From positions 384,001-448,000 of the forward strand of contig CAWCNS010000011.1 in the NCBI GenBank assembly GCA_963796965.1: a stretch of 64,000 nucleotides of DNA, written 5' to 3'. This document shows, in pieces, positions 21,916 through 32,050 of the stretch. The translations under genes and the position numbers were made by a program. The DNA is from Calditrichia bacterium. Its GTDB lineage: Bacteria; Calditrichota; Calditrichia; JAJRVZ01. Under the pieces are notes generated by a model that saw only the letters and a list, made by a program, of their open reading frames with translations, was not told where the DNA came from and did no database searches. Each line of letters opens with the position of its first letter. The stretch's first letter is position 1.

Positions 21916-21970
21916 TTTAAATATTTAGATCAATGTCTATCTTGACATATTTAAATCTTCTTTTTATATT
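21916..21970 (+). promoter_or_regulatory. Sigma70 promoter of the rrf2-cytochrome operon with an inverted repeat over -35
   Basis: TTGACA (21942)-17 nt-TATATT (21965); tttaaatat..agat-N8-atct..atatttaaa inverted repeat. Confidence 0.6.
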
Positions 21971-21987
21971 CTACCTCGAGGTGGGAT

Positions 21988-22402
21988 ATGATATTTAACA
22001 AAACAACAGAATATGCAATTAGAGTGATGGTTTTTCTTGCAGACAGCAAAGATTCACGCTTTTCTGTCAATCGTCTTCACCGACGTCTAAACATTCCTTA
22101 TAAATATCTTGCTCGTCTGATGAGCAAACTAGGCAGTAGCTGGATTGGTCGATGTATCTCAGGGAAAACAAGGCGGTTTTCGGCTCAATCCTCAAAGATC
22201 TCCCATCTACTTACACGAAATCATCAACCTGGTTGAGGGCCTGGAGAATTACGATCGTTGTATTCTCGGATTTAAACAATGCTCTGACGAGAATCCTTGT
22301 TCTTTGCACCATGTATGGGCAGAACAAAAAGATGAAATAAGGAAAATTATATTTAATACAACCCTGGATGATATTGATAAGATCAAAGATGTCAAATACT
22401 AA
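21988..22402 (+). CDS. Rrf2 family transcriptional regulator with three C-terminal Cys, frameshift near 22140
   Basis: TEYAIR...IPYKYLARLM in ORF 21988, then SQGKQGGFRL...VEG...CILGFKQCSDENPCSLH in ORF 22145. Confidence 0.9.
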
Positions 22403-22440
22403 TCTTCGACTTTTTATATATTAATTTAAAGGAGGTAGAT

Positions 22441-23681
22441 ATGAATTACCGATTACTCACTGCTTTTTTTACCCTGTTCATTTTTTGCACCGCTTTAATG
22501 GCAAACACCTGTATTGATTGCCATAAGAAACATCAACCGAATATCGTTATTGACTGGGAGTTGAGCAAGCACAGCCAGAACGACGTTGCCTGTGCAACCT
22601 GTCACGGTGAGGCCCACTCGACAGAACAAGACTATGCCAAAGCAAAGATACCAACACCTGAAACATGTGCCGAATGTCATGACACACAGGTTGAACAATT
22701 TTCCAAAGGCAAACACGCATTGGCCTGGGCCGCTATGAATGCTATGCCGACAATTCATCACCAGCCTGCTGCCCTGATTGATGGTATGAAAGGATGCGGC
22801 GGATGTCATAAAATCGGGTTAAAAAGCGAAACAGATATAAAAAAATTGCAAGAAGAAGGTCGTGGATTTGGTTTGGCCTCCTGCGATGCCTGTCATACGC
22901 GTCACACATTTTCAACTAAGGAAGCAAAACAACCCCAGGCCTGCCAGACCTGTCATATGGGTTTTGATCATCCCCAATGGGAAATGTACTCTTCTTCAAA
23001 ACATGGTGTCCGCTATTTGTTAAAACAAAATGGGACTCTTCATGAGGATACCCCTGCACCAACCTGTCAGGATTGCCATATGCAGGAAGGAAACCATGAA
23101 GTTCGAACTGCCTGGGGATTTCTGGCCGTACGCCTTCCTCTACCTGAAGATGAACAATGGAAAGCAGACCAGATAACTATCTTACAAGCCCTCGGTGTTC
23201 TTGATCTTGAGGGTAATCCTACCGCTCTTTTGGATGTGGTTAAGGCGGCTGATGTGGCCCGTTTAACCCAGGAAGATTTTGACCGCGAAAGAAATAAAAT
23301 GGTCAAAACCTGCAATGGGTGTCATTCAAGCAATTTTGCAAAAGAACAGCTGGACCGAGGTGATGAGATGATTAAAGAGGCCGATCATTTCCTTGCTCAA
23401 GCGATACGTGAAATAGGGATTTGTATAAAGATAGAATTATTCCAAAACCCGATTCCTATCCCTAGGATTATCCGTTACTACTTACATTTCATGATGCCCC
23501 TACCGTCATTGAGCAACGCCTTTTTGTGATGCATCTCAAACATCGTATGCGCGCTTTTCAGGGCGTTTTCCATGCAAATCCCGATTATGCTCTCTGGTAC
23601 GGCTGGAGTGAAATGCAACGTGATCTGACGGAGATTAAAGCCATGGCCGTAGAATTGCGACGGAATCATGCAAATAAATAA
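22441..23681 (+). CDS. Octaheme cytochrome c, hydroxylamine oxidoreductase (HAO)-like family; frameshift near 23417 and in-frame TAG at 23463
   Basis: Signal peptide; eight CxxCH (CIDCH, CATCH, CAECH, CGGCH, CDACH, CQTCH, CQDCH, CNGCH); HMGFDHPQWE; shifted C-terminus ...HRMRAFQGVFHANPDYALWYGWSEM...NK*. Confidence 0.88.
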
Positions 23682-23721
23682 TAGATCCTTAAACAATATC
23701 GCTTAGTAGCACCGCAATAAT

Positions 23722-23749
23722 GTAGTGGCCGTCGATAAACGGCCACTAC
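23722..23749. repeat. GTAG-type REP palindrome
   Basis: gtagtggccgt-cgataa-acggccactac, 40 bp after the cytochrome stop. Confidence 0.85.
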
Positions 23750-23926
23750 TATGCCTTATTTGCCAAATTTATCGGCCTTGATAAATCTATCCACTCAGAC
23801 TGCTTCTCCAATTTATTTAAATTTTTGCTCCCCGTTACAACATTCCGGTGATTCTCATCACAGGTGTTTCAAACTTTACCTTATTGATCATGTACGTCCC
23901 TGTAACCAAATCCAGGGAGGTCTGCT

Positions 23927-24082
23927 ATGATCATCATTCTTGTTATTCTCACTGCATTTATTTCAATTAGTATTGACTATTTTATGAAACTCAATAATGT
24001 AAGAAAGAAAGAGGAAAAGTTACTAAAAGAAGCCATAAAAGATCGGAATAAGGCCTTCAAAGAAGTTCTTAATTATCAATGA
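23927..24082 (+). CDS. Small (51 aa) single-TM membrane protein, absent from the ORF track
   Basis: RBS GGGAGG 6 nt before ATG; MIIILVILTAFISISIDYFMKLNNVRKKEEKLLKEAIKDRNKAFKEVLNYQ*. Confidence 0.6.
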   Translation: MIIILVILTAFISISIDYFMKLNNVRKKEEKLLKEAIKDRNKAFKEVLNYQ

Positions 24083-24255
24083 TATGTTATGGTACGGATT
24101 AACACGATTATATCGGGAGACTTTGTCCTTCTGTCATTCAGAGTGGATCATTCAGTTCATAGTTTACTTATTACAAGTAGGAAGATCCTTACTGGATGAC
24201 CGGACCGAGGAATAACGGTAATTATGTAGTCAGATAAAAATTTAGCCAATCAGGA

Positions 24256-26094
24256 TTATGAGGGGAGTGGAAAAGTTATTTGAAATTCTGAGTATTTCCC
24301 TTCCTCAGAATTCACTTCAACCTTACCACCTAGTTTATCAACCATCTGCTTTATGATATCCATACCAATACCCCGGCCGGCAACAGTATTTGCCTTTGTT
24401 GCAGTTGTGATACCTGGCATAAAAATAGTATCCATCACCTGTTTCTCGTCCCACTGATCAATTTCATTATCTTTCCAGTTTCCACTCCGCTTTGCCACAT
24501 TTCTTAATCTAGAAAGTTGAATTCCTCTGCCATCATCATGGAAACTGAATCCAATGAGATTATCACCCTTAAATGTCTTCACCGTAATCTTCCCCACCTC
24601 ATCTTTTTTCGCCTTTTTTCTTTCCTCAGCTGTCTCAATACCATGGTGAAATGCATTTCTTGTCAACTGGACTAGGATATCCTTTAGATCCAAACGACAA
24701 TTATAGGGAATGGCGACCCCATCAAAATTATTATATACCAGTTCAACCTTTTTACCTGTGCTGCCTTCCAGATTAGCGATCAGGTTTTTTACCGCACGGA
24801 AAAGCAATTCTATTTCATAGGATCTTTTTGGTCTGAAATTTTTATATATATGACTGAGTTTGGAGATCAGCTGATTTATGTCATCAACACCATTTTGAAT
24901 ATTCTCCAGGCATTGGCATAATGATTTTAAGTCTTTCTCAGTTGGTTCATTTCCCTCTTTAAGTAAAGTGATAAATTCCTCAGCCTTATGTGCTTCATTC
25001 ATAAAAAGCTTAAGGTCGAGTATTGCAGCGTTGCCCTTAATCAGATGCATATTCCGAAACATCTGGTCAAGAATCTCATTCCTTTTCTTTGAACCGACAA
25101 GGTTACCAAGCATTTTTTTGGATTCATCGATATCACGCTCCAGACTCTCAATAAAATCTTTCAACAATTTTGGATCAACATGAAGAACACCTAACAAAGA
25201 ATCCATTTGTTTTCTGGACTCTTCCTCCAGCCTCTGTAGCTTTTGTTCGAGCAATACTTTTTGTGTGTTATCCGTCACCATGAATATAAGCCTGTCAATG
25301 GATTCTTCCGAAGCAATTCTCTGGCACTCAAATGATAAATATTTTACCGCTAATTCACCATCTGAATCAGAGTTTATTCGGTATTGAATATCACTGAGCG
25401 GATTAAGATCTTCAATCATCGATTCATCAATTTTCTCATCGAAACAGATCTCTATAAACTCTGAGCAAGTCTCACAGGTCTTGTCCGGAATTTTGCCATT
25501 GAGTAATTCCAAAAGAGCAATATTTTCCAAATTATTGGTCCCGAGGATTTGTTCAAGAGCTTTTGAATATTGCGACAATATCCTCCCTTCTGAATCTAAG
25601 AGGAAAAGTCCTTCCTTAACATTATCCAGTATTCCGTCTGTATTTCGTTTAGCTTCTATCAACTCACTATTCTGGCTTTCTACCAATCGCCTGTTCTTAT
25701 CTAATTCAAGAAGTATATTAACTTTAGATTTCATTATTTCCGGATCGAAGGGCTTAAACATATAATCAATAGCACCTGATGCATAACCTTTAAATATATG
25801 CTTGTCTTCTTTGCTAATAGCTGAAACGAAAATGATAGGTATATGCTTGGTGGAGGGATTTCCCCGTATGAGCGTTGCTGTTTCAAATCCATCCATACCG
25901 GGCATTTGAACATCAAGAAGAATGAGTGAAATATCATTTCTTAAGAGTTGTCTCAACGCCTCTTCTCCACAATCAGCTGTGACAAATTCCAAAAGCGGAT
26001 TTTCAAGCGTGCTTTCCAGCACCATTATATTTTCCGGGCGATCATCAACCAGAAGAACCTTTTGAATCATACCTTCATCCATCACATAACTCAC
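24256..26094 (-). CDS. REC-PAS-like-Hpt-CheA-type HATPase kinase lacking a CheW (P5) domain
   Basis: LLVDD/LLDVQMP receiver; FRNMHLIKG Hpt; QLTRNAFHHGIE, DDGRGI, IFMPGITT and GRGIGMD CheA-type boxes; ends right after the ATPase domain. Confidence 0.85.
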   Translation of the reverse strand: MSYVMDEGMIQKVLLVDDRPENIMVLESTLENPLLEFVTADCGEEALRQLLRNDISLILLDVQMPGMDGFETATLIRGNPSTKHIPIIFVSAISKEDKHIFKGYASGAIDYMFKPFDPEIMKSKVNILLELDKNRRLVESQNSELIEAKRNTDGILDNVKEGLFLLDSEGRILSQYSKALEQILGTNNLENIALLELLNGKIPDKTCETCSEFIEICFDEKIDESMIEDLNPLSDIQYRINSDSDGELAVKYLSFECQRIASEESIDRLIFMVTDNTQKVLLEQKLQRLEEESRKQMDSLLGVLHVDPKLLKDFIESLERDIDESKKMLGNLVGSKKRNEILDQMFRNMHLIKGNAAILDLKLFMNEAHKAEEFITLLKEGNEPTEKDLKSLCQCLENIQNGVDDINQLISKLSHIYKNFRPKRSYEIELLFRAVKNLIANLEGSTGKKVELVYNNFDGVAIPYNCRLDLKDILVQLTRNAFHHGIETAEERKKAKKDEVGKITVKTFKGDNLIGFSFHDDGRGIQLSRLRNVAKRSGNWKDNEIDQWDEKQVMDTIFMPGITTATKANTVAGRGIGMDIIKQMVDKLGGKVEVNSEEGKYSEFQITFPLPS

Positions 26095-26695
26095 TAATTT
26101 TTAAATATATTTTATCAAGAGGGAGAATATAATCTACCTTAAATGCTTCTATCGCAGATATCGGCATGATCGGTACTTCTGCAGTATCCGGATCTTCAAC
26201 GATGGTGATTCCCCCACACTTTTTTATTTTTTTTAGACCGACAGCCCCATCAGAATTTGCTCCGGTTAGGAGTATCCCAATCAGACTCTCTCTATATACA
26301 TCTGCTGCTGTTTCAAATAGCAGGTCAACGGCTGGCCTGCAAAAATTTATTTTTGGATCAATTGTCAACGAAAATGTGCCGTCCTGCTCCACGAGCAGAT
26401 GATAATTTGCCGGTGCCAGGTAAACCGTGCCACCAAGAATAGGTTCTTTTTCATCTGCCTCTTTTACTTTTAGAGAAGTAATTCCATTTAAAATCCTGAC
26501 CATAGCTCCATCGCTCTGAGGGGAAAGATGCTGTACAACAATTATCGGTATATTAAACTTCTTAGGCATTGCTTTGAGTAAATGACTTAATGCATTTAAT
26601 CCACCTGCTGAGGTGCCGATTACTATTGCCTTAAAACCTCTTTTATGTACGCTCCTTTCAGTCAACACGTTTATAGATCTTTTCCTTGGCATCAT
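26075..26695 (-). CDS. cheB: Stand-alone CheB methylesterase (no receiver domain)
   Basis: IGTSAGG, VVQH, RPAVDLLF and LTGANSDGA motifs. Confidence 0.92.
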   Translation of the reverse strand: MMPRKRSINVLTERSVHKRGFKAIVIGTSAGGLNALSHLLKAMPKKFNIPIIVVQHLSPQSDGAMVRILNGITSLKVKEADEKEPILGGTVYLAPANYHLLVEQDGTFSLTIDPKINFCRPAVDLLFETAADVYRESLIGILLTGANSDGAVGLKKIKKCGGITIVEDPDTAEVPIMPISAIEAFKVDYILPLDKIYLKISELCDG

Positions 26696-27479
26696 ATTCC
26701 TGAAAATTGTTTTTCATCTTAGAAAACTTTACGGTTTCTTTGCTTCCCAGGCATAAGATACCTCTTCGCACAAGACTGTCATGGAACAAATTTAGAACTC
26801 TTCCCTGCAGATCTTTATCAAAATAAATTATAACATTCCGACATACCACAAGATTCATTTCACCAAATACGCCATCGGTGACAAGATTATGTTGAGAAAA
26901 TACAATATTCTTTTTTAAACTATTATTCATAATTGCTGCTTTGTACCTGGCGGTATAATAATCCGCAAAAGAGGCTTTGCCACAAGCTTTTTGATAATTT
27001 TGAGTATACTCCTTGATTCTGTCAAGGGGGTAAATACCTTCTTTTGCCGTTTTTAAAACTTTGTCATCAATATCAGTTGCATATAGCATGGCGTTTTCAA
27101 GAAGGTTTTCTTCTTTCAACATGATCGCCATCGAGTATACTTCTTCCCCCGTTGAGCATCCGGCATGCCATATTTTAAAAAAGGGATATGTTTTTAATAT
27201 AGGTATTACTTTTTCCCTCACCGCACAATAAAAGGATGGGTCGCGAAACATCTCTGTTACATTTATGGTTAAATCCAATAACACCGATTCAAAGAATGAT
27301 TTATCATAAAGTAATCGGTGCTGCATGGCTGAGATACTATCCAGGCCGGATCGGTTCAACTTATTTTTTACACGTCTGTTTAACGAAGCCCGTGAGTAGT
27401 TCCGGAAATCATACCCATATTTTTTGTAGATCGCTTCTATAAGTAAATCTATCTCGATCGTCTCATTATCTGTTGTCAT
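26658..27479 (-). CDS. cheR: CheR protein-glutamate methyltransferase
   Basis: YGYDFRNY, VTEMFRDP, IWHAGCSTGEEVYS and CRNVIIYF motifs. Confidence 0.95.
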   Translation of the reverse strand: MTTDNETIEIDLLIEAIYKKYGYDFRNYSRASLNRRVKNKLNRSGLDSISAMQHRLLYDKSFFESVLLDLTINVTEMFRDPSFYCAVREKVIPILKTYPFFKIWHAGCSTGEEVYSMAIMLKEENLLENAMLYATDIDDKVLKTAKEGIYPLDRIKEYTQNYQKACGKASFADYYTARYKAAIMNNSLKKNIVFSQHNLVTDGVFGEMNLVVCRNVIIYFDKDLQGRVLNLFHDSLVRRGILCLGSKETVKFSKMKNNFQEYDAKEKIYKRVD

Positions 27480-27516
27480 ATCTTCAATCTTTAAAATTCA
27501 CTTAATTTTACCACAA

Positions 27517-30500
27517 TTATTTATACAACCACACCTGCATTAGAGATAATAATTTTTCTATATCAATTGGTTTTGATAAGTAATCACTGGCACCTGCCTC
27601 GATGCATTTTTGTCTATCTCCCTTCATTGCTTTAGCCGTCAGGGCGACGATGGGTAGATTCTGATGTTCTTTTATTTTACGAATTTGATGCATCGCTTCA
27701 TAACCATCCATCTCGGGCATCATAATATCCATAAGTACAAGATTAAAATCAGCATTCTCCTTTAATCTTGATAATGCCTCTTTCCCGTTCTCTGCAACAA
27801 CAATTTCCATATCTTTCTCGCCTAAGACGCTGGATAAAGCAAATATATTTCTTACATCATCATCCACTAATAGGATTTTTTTATCTTTAAAGATATCGTC
27901 ACCAGCGGTGGTTACTTTAAGACTGCCTTGTTCATTTTCCGGTAAATCGGATTCAACATGATGTAGGAATAAACTCACCTCATCTAATAATCTCTCTGGT
28001 GATTTTGCCCCTTTAATAATGATGCTTTCAGCATGTTTACGAAGTTTTTTCTCTTCCGCTTTTTCCAGATCCTTCCCTGTATAAATAATAATGGGTAGAT
28101 CATGGTATTTTTCACTTGACTTAATCGTATCTAAAAGATCAAAACCGGAGATATCCTTGAGGCCAAGATCAAGCACCATACAATCGTAATCATCTTTTTC
28201 AAGGTATTCGAGAGCAATCTGCCCCGTATCAACACTCGAAATCTCGACGCCACTGCTGTTTAGCAGTTCTTCTATGCTTTTACGCATATCTTTATCATCT
28301 TCTACAATCAAAACTTTATTGATATCTCTGGAAATAATGGATTCGATTTTATCAAAGGCATTGTCCAAACCTTCTTTACTGACTGGTTTGGTCAGGTATC
28401 CTACAGCCCCCATCTTCATAGCATCAAGTTTCTGATCATGGGCGGATATAAAATAGACCGGAATATGGCGGGTTTTGCGGCTTTTCTTCAATCGCTCCAT
28501 GACTGTCCACCCGTCAATTCTGGGTAATCCCACATCGAGTATAACTGCGTTGGGATTGTATTGCATAGCCATTTGAAGCCCGGCTTCGCCATCCTCTGCA
28601 AGAATACATTTAAATCCCTTTTCACGAATAAGATCAAATAAAATTGAGGCAAACCTTGGATCATCGTCCACGACAAGAATCGTGGTGTCATCCTCGGAAA
28701 GATCCATCCGATCGTCACGAATCTGGTTTACCTGACTTTCCTTCTTAGGTACCACTTTTGGAATGGACCTTGGCTCTTCTACCTCAGTATCCTCTACCTG
28801 GTCCTCTACATACTCGATTGTATCATCCTCTGGAATTGCATAGGGCAGAAATATTGAGAAACTACTCCCTTTTCCAGGTGTGCTCTCTAACTGAAGTTCA
28901 CCTTTAAGCATTTTTGCAAGTTCTCTGGATATCGACAAACCCAGTCCTGTCCCACCAAACTTTCTGCTTGTTGTTCCATCCGCTTGTTGAAATGCTTCAA
29001 AAATAAGCTGCTGTTTCTCTTCAGGAATCCCTACACCTGTATCGGTAACCGATAGTTTAAGGGTTTGATCCGGATCCAGATCTGGATTGGTCAATACATC
29101 TTTTTTGTTTGGTTTGTTTAATTCTACCGTAATACCACCACTATCCGTGAATTTTATAGCATTTGAGAGAAGGTTTTTAAGGATTTGTTCTACCCGCTGA
29201 CGATCGGTGAGTATCTTCTCAGGTATGCCCTTTCCCTTTTTCACTTTTAAATAAAGCCCTTTTTCATCCACCATATGACCAAAATTCTTCTTCAGATAAT
29301 CTGGCAGATGAGCAAGCGTCATATCTCCAATATTCAGAATCATTTTCCCTGACTCTATTTTTGACAGGTCTAATATTTCATTGATCAATTCGAGCAGATC
29401 TCCGCCGGATGAATGGATAGTTGTCGCAAAATCCACCTGCTTTTCTGTCAGATTTCCGTCTTTATTATCGGCAAGAAGTTTGGATAAAATCTGAATGCTG
29501 TTCATAGGCGTGCGTAATTCATGCGACATATTTGCCAGGAATTCTGATTTGTATTTGCTTGTTAACTCCAGTTGGTGGGCATTTTCTTCTACTTCTTTTT
29601 GTGCTATTTGCAAATCAGAATTTTTCTTTTCTATCTGATCTTTTTGTTTTTCCAATTCCTCATTGGCCTCTAAAAGATCATCCTGCTTTTTCTTTAATCC
29701 ATCTTCGGAAGCCTTGAGTGCCTTTGCCTGCTCTTCTAGTTCCTCATTCGTGACACGAAGTTCTTCCTGCTGAGATTGTAACTCTTCATTAGTTACACGC
29801 AACTCTTCCTGCTGCGCTTGTAATTCCTCTGCTTGCTGTTGTGTTTGCTCCAACAACTCTTGCGTCCGGGTTCTTGATTCTGCAGAATTGATGGCAATGG
29901 CAATATTTTCGGAGACTTGTTTAAAGAACTCCATCTGCTCGTTTTCAAGCGGATTTGCTGAACCGACTTCTATGACACCGCTTATTTTATCTTCAAAAAC
30001 CAATGGACTGACAATGATATTGCGTGGTACTGATTCACCAAGTCCTGAATTAATTTTTATATAATCCTCAGGAACATCATTAAATATAATCGTCTGTTTC
30101 TCCAGAGCTGCCTGTCCAATTAACCCATCACCTTCTTTAAATGAATTGTTGTTTCCTTTTCTATGATTATAGGCATAACTGCCTAGTAAATTGAACTCTT
30201 CCGAGCCATTCCGAAGATAGATCGCTCCGATTTGTGCATCTGAGTATTTCGTTAAATAGGCGATAACATTTTGAGCCAGAGTTTTCAAATCCTGTTCACC
30301 ACGCATTAGATCATTTACCTCTGACACGCCTGTTTTTAACCAGGTTTGTTTTTCAATCTCAGTCATTGAGGATTGAAGATTCTCACGCATGGTCTGCATT
30401 GCCTGACCGAGCTCATCATCTTCAGAAAGGATCTTGACTTTTACTCCAAGATTACCGGCTGCAATTTGAGAGGCAACCTCGGCATTTCCGGAAAGATTGG

Positions 30501-31209
30501 TCTGCAAAACCCGAAGTGATCTCATGGCATCACCTAATTCATCTTTCCTGCGTGTATTAATCACATCCTTTACATTTCCAACAGAAAACTTTTTAAGAGA
30601 TTCAATTATTCTTTTAAGATCAAAAATGATCCTGCGATTGATTAAATACATCATCACACCAAAAGTGATAAGGATACAGAGGACGACAATAATTGTTGCT
30701 AATAATCTTTGCTGATTGAGGGAAGCATAGGTCTCTTCAAGAGAATATCGAATGCTCACAACGGCAAGAGGCTCTCCAATTCTGACGTCATGACATTCGA
30801 GACATCCTTGTTGTGCAGGAAGTGTTTCAATGACACGAATCACCCGCTCTTCCATATATTCTTCTTCAAAAAATCTGGACTGACCACTAAGAATAACCGC
30901 TTTTTCAGCTGCATCCATTTCCATTGCCTTATCTTCATCAATAATGGCAGTAGGAACAACATGAACATCCCTAAAATTTTCAATTTCGTTAAACATATGC
31001 GCATAAGGTTGTGCACTGGTGACACCCTCGCCCATAGAAAAATTGACGGACTTCATCAATATGTCTTTAACCTCACGGACGTTGATCTCTGCTTTAGCCA
31101 TCTCGTGTGATGTGCTCTGACTGAGCAGTATAATTAACCCTCCACCTAAAACAATCAAGAGGCATGATGCTAATATGAAACCTATACCTGTCGAAATTGA
31201 GTTCTTCAT
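27517..31209 (-). CDS. Hybrid sensor kinase: periplasmic CxxCH domain, HAMP, GAF, coiled coil, HisKA, HATPase, three receivers
   Basis: Two TMs flanking GCLECH; RKDELG and SEDDELG HAMP-like units; ANMSHELRTP; NLLSNAIKFT; GGTGLGL; three REC domains. Confidence 0.93.
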   Translation of the reverse strand: MKNSISTGIGFILASCLLIVLGGGLIILLSQSTSHEMAKAEINVREVKDILMKSVNFSMGEGVTSAQPYAHMFNEIENFRDVHVVPTAIIDEDKAMEMDAAEKAVILSGQSRFFEEEYMEERVIRVIETLPAQQGCLECHDVRIGEPLAVVSIRYSLEETYASLNQQRLLATIIVVLCILITFGVMMYLINRRIIFDLKRIIESLKKFSVGNVKDVINTRRKDELGDAMRSLRVLQTNLSGNAEVASQIAAGNLGVKVKILSEDDELGQAMQTMRENLQSSMTEIEKQTWLKTGVSEVNDLMRGEQDLKTLAQNVIAYLTKYSDAQIGAIYLRNGSEEFNLLGSYAYNHRKGNNNSFKEGDGLIGQAALEKQTIIFNDVPEDYIKINSGLGESVPRNIIVSPLVFEDKISGVIEVGSANPLENEQMEFFKQVSENIAIAINSAESRTRTQELLEQTQQQAEELQAQQEELRVTNEELQSQQEELRVTNEELEEQAKALKASEDGLKKKQDDLLEANEELEKQKDQIEKKNSDLQIAQKEVEENAHQLELTSKYKSEFLANMSHELRTPMNSIQILSKLLADNKDGNLTEKQVDFATTIHSSGGDLLELINEILDLSKIESGKMILNIGDMTLAHLPDYLKKNFGHMVDEKGLYLKVKKGKGIPEKILTDRQRVEQILKNLLSNAIKFTDSGGITVELNKPNKKDVLTNPDLDPDQTLKLSVTDTGVGIPEEKQQLIFEAFQQADGTTSRKFGGTGLGLSISRELAKMLKGELQLESTPGKGSSFSIFLPYAIPEDDTIEYVEDQVEDTEVEEPRSIPKVVPKKESQVNQIRDDRMDLSEDDTTILVVDDDPRFASILFDLIREKGFKCILAEDGEAGLQMAMQYNPNAVILDVGLPRIDGWTVMERLKKSRKTRHIPVYFISAHDQKLDAMKMGAVGYLTKPVSKEGLDNAFDKIESIISRDINKVLIVEDDKDMRKSIEELLNSSGVEISSVDTGQIALEYLEKDDYDCMVLDLGLKDISGFDLLDTIKSSEKYHDLPIIIYTGKDLEKAEEKKLRKHAESIIIKGAKSPERLLDEVSLFLHHVESDLPENEQGSLKVTTAGDDIFKDKKILLVDDDVRNIFALSSVLGEKDMEIVVAENGKEALSRLKENADFNLVLMDIMMPEMDGYEAMHQIRKIKEHQNLPIVALTAKAMKGDRQKCIEAGASDYLSKPIDIEKLLSLMQVWLYK

Positions 31210-32050
31210 TTTTCAACCTTCATTATATAATTATTTTCAATTTTTTTGTATTTGTCACGAATTTCACTTAGTGAATATATTAATTTGTGATGTATTAAGT
31301 TTATCGGTCATAAATGAGTATTCTTGAGAAAATTCGACACTATGGTCGAGAAATATTAAGTATATATTTCTTTGTATATTCTGGGGTTAGGGTAAATTTA
31401 TGCTTAAGAGATACATACAGATACACAAATTTCGCTTATATACAAATTTAACCCTGCGAAAGAATAAAATTCCCAAGGTGAATACTTTGCTTCTGTAGAA
31501 TTTTAAATCTATTGAGTAGTGAGAAAAGTTAAGTTCAATCAAATTGAAAGATGATAGGATGATCATATAAAAAATAAATAGACCTGACCATCTTAGATAC
31601 AGTTGAATAAAATGACGGTATGATTGTATTAGACAATAACCACAATTTGGAATAAAAATGAAATTAATAACGAGAAAAATTGCTGAAAGTCTGATCCGGA
31701 CATCAAATCCAGATTCAATCAAAAATAGACCAGAGTTCCGATATCTTTAAAAGTGATTTTCACCTTTCCAAATGGCAAATCCCTTGTGGTTAACTATGAT
31801 AGCCATATTCAGGAAAAATCCTATTACCTCATCGATAAAAATTAAAGATTGCCCTATTTCCCCTTCCCACTTATATTTGAATAAATTTACGATTTCTGAG
31901 AAATCTAATCTCTTTCAAACATTTTTTGACTGCATTACTTTAGAATTAAGTGATTCACATTTAGTCACCAGTTTCCTAAACAGACTGGTTGGATAACGGA
32001 TCTATTTTTTTCAGGAATCCGGTGTCCACATTGATGAGATTATTGATACG

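Noticed and set aside
23463..23465. In-frame TAG in the octaheme cytochrome C-terminus as pyrrolysine or stop-codon reassignment
   Set aside because: TAG ends other genes here (e.g. 33585, 45125), no pyl genes are present, and a frameshift lies ~45 bp upstream; a local sequencing error or mutation is simpler.
24256..27479. Flagellar chemotaxis operon
   Set aside because: No MCP, CheW or stand-alone CheY; CheB lacks a receiver and the kinase lacks P5.
31387..31996. ORFs 31387-31722 and 31772-31996
   Set aside because: AT-rich, low-complexity translations without RBS or motifs.
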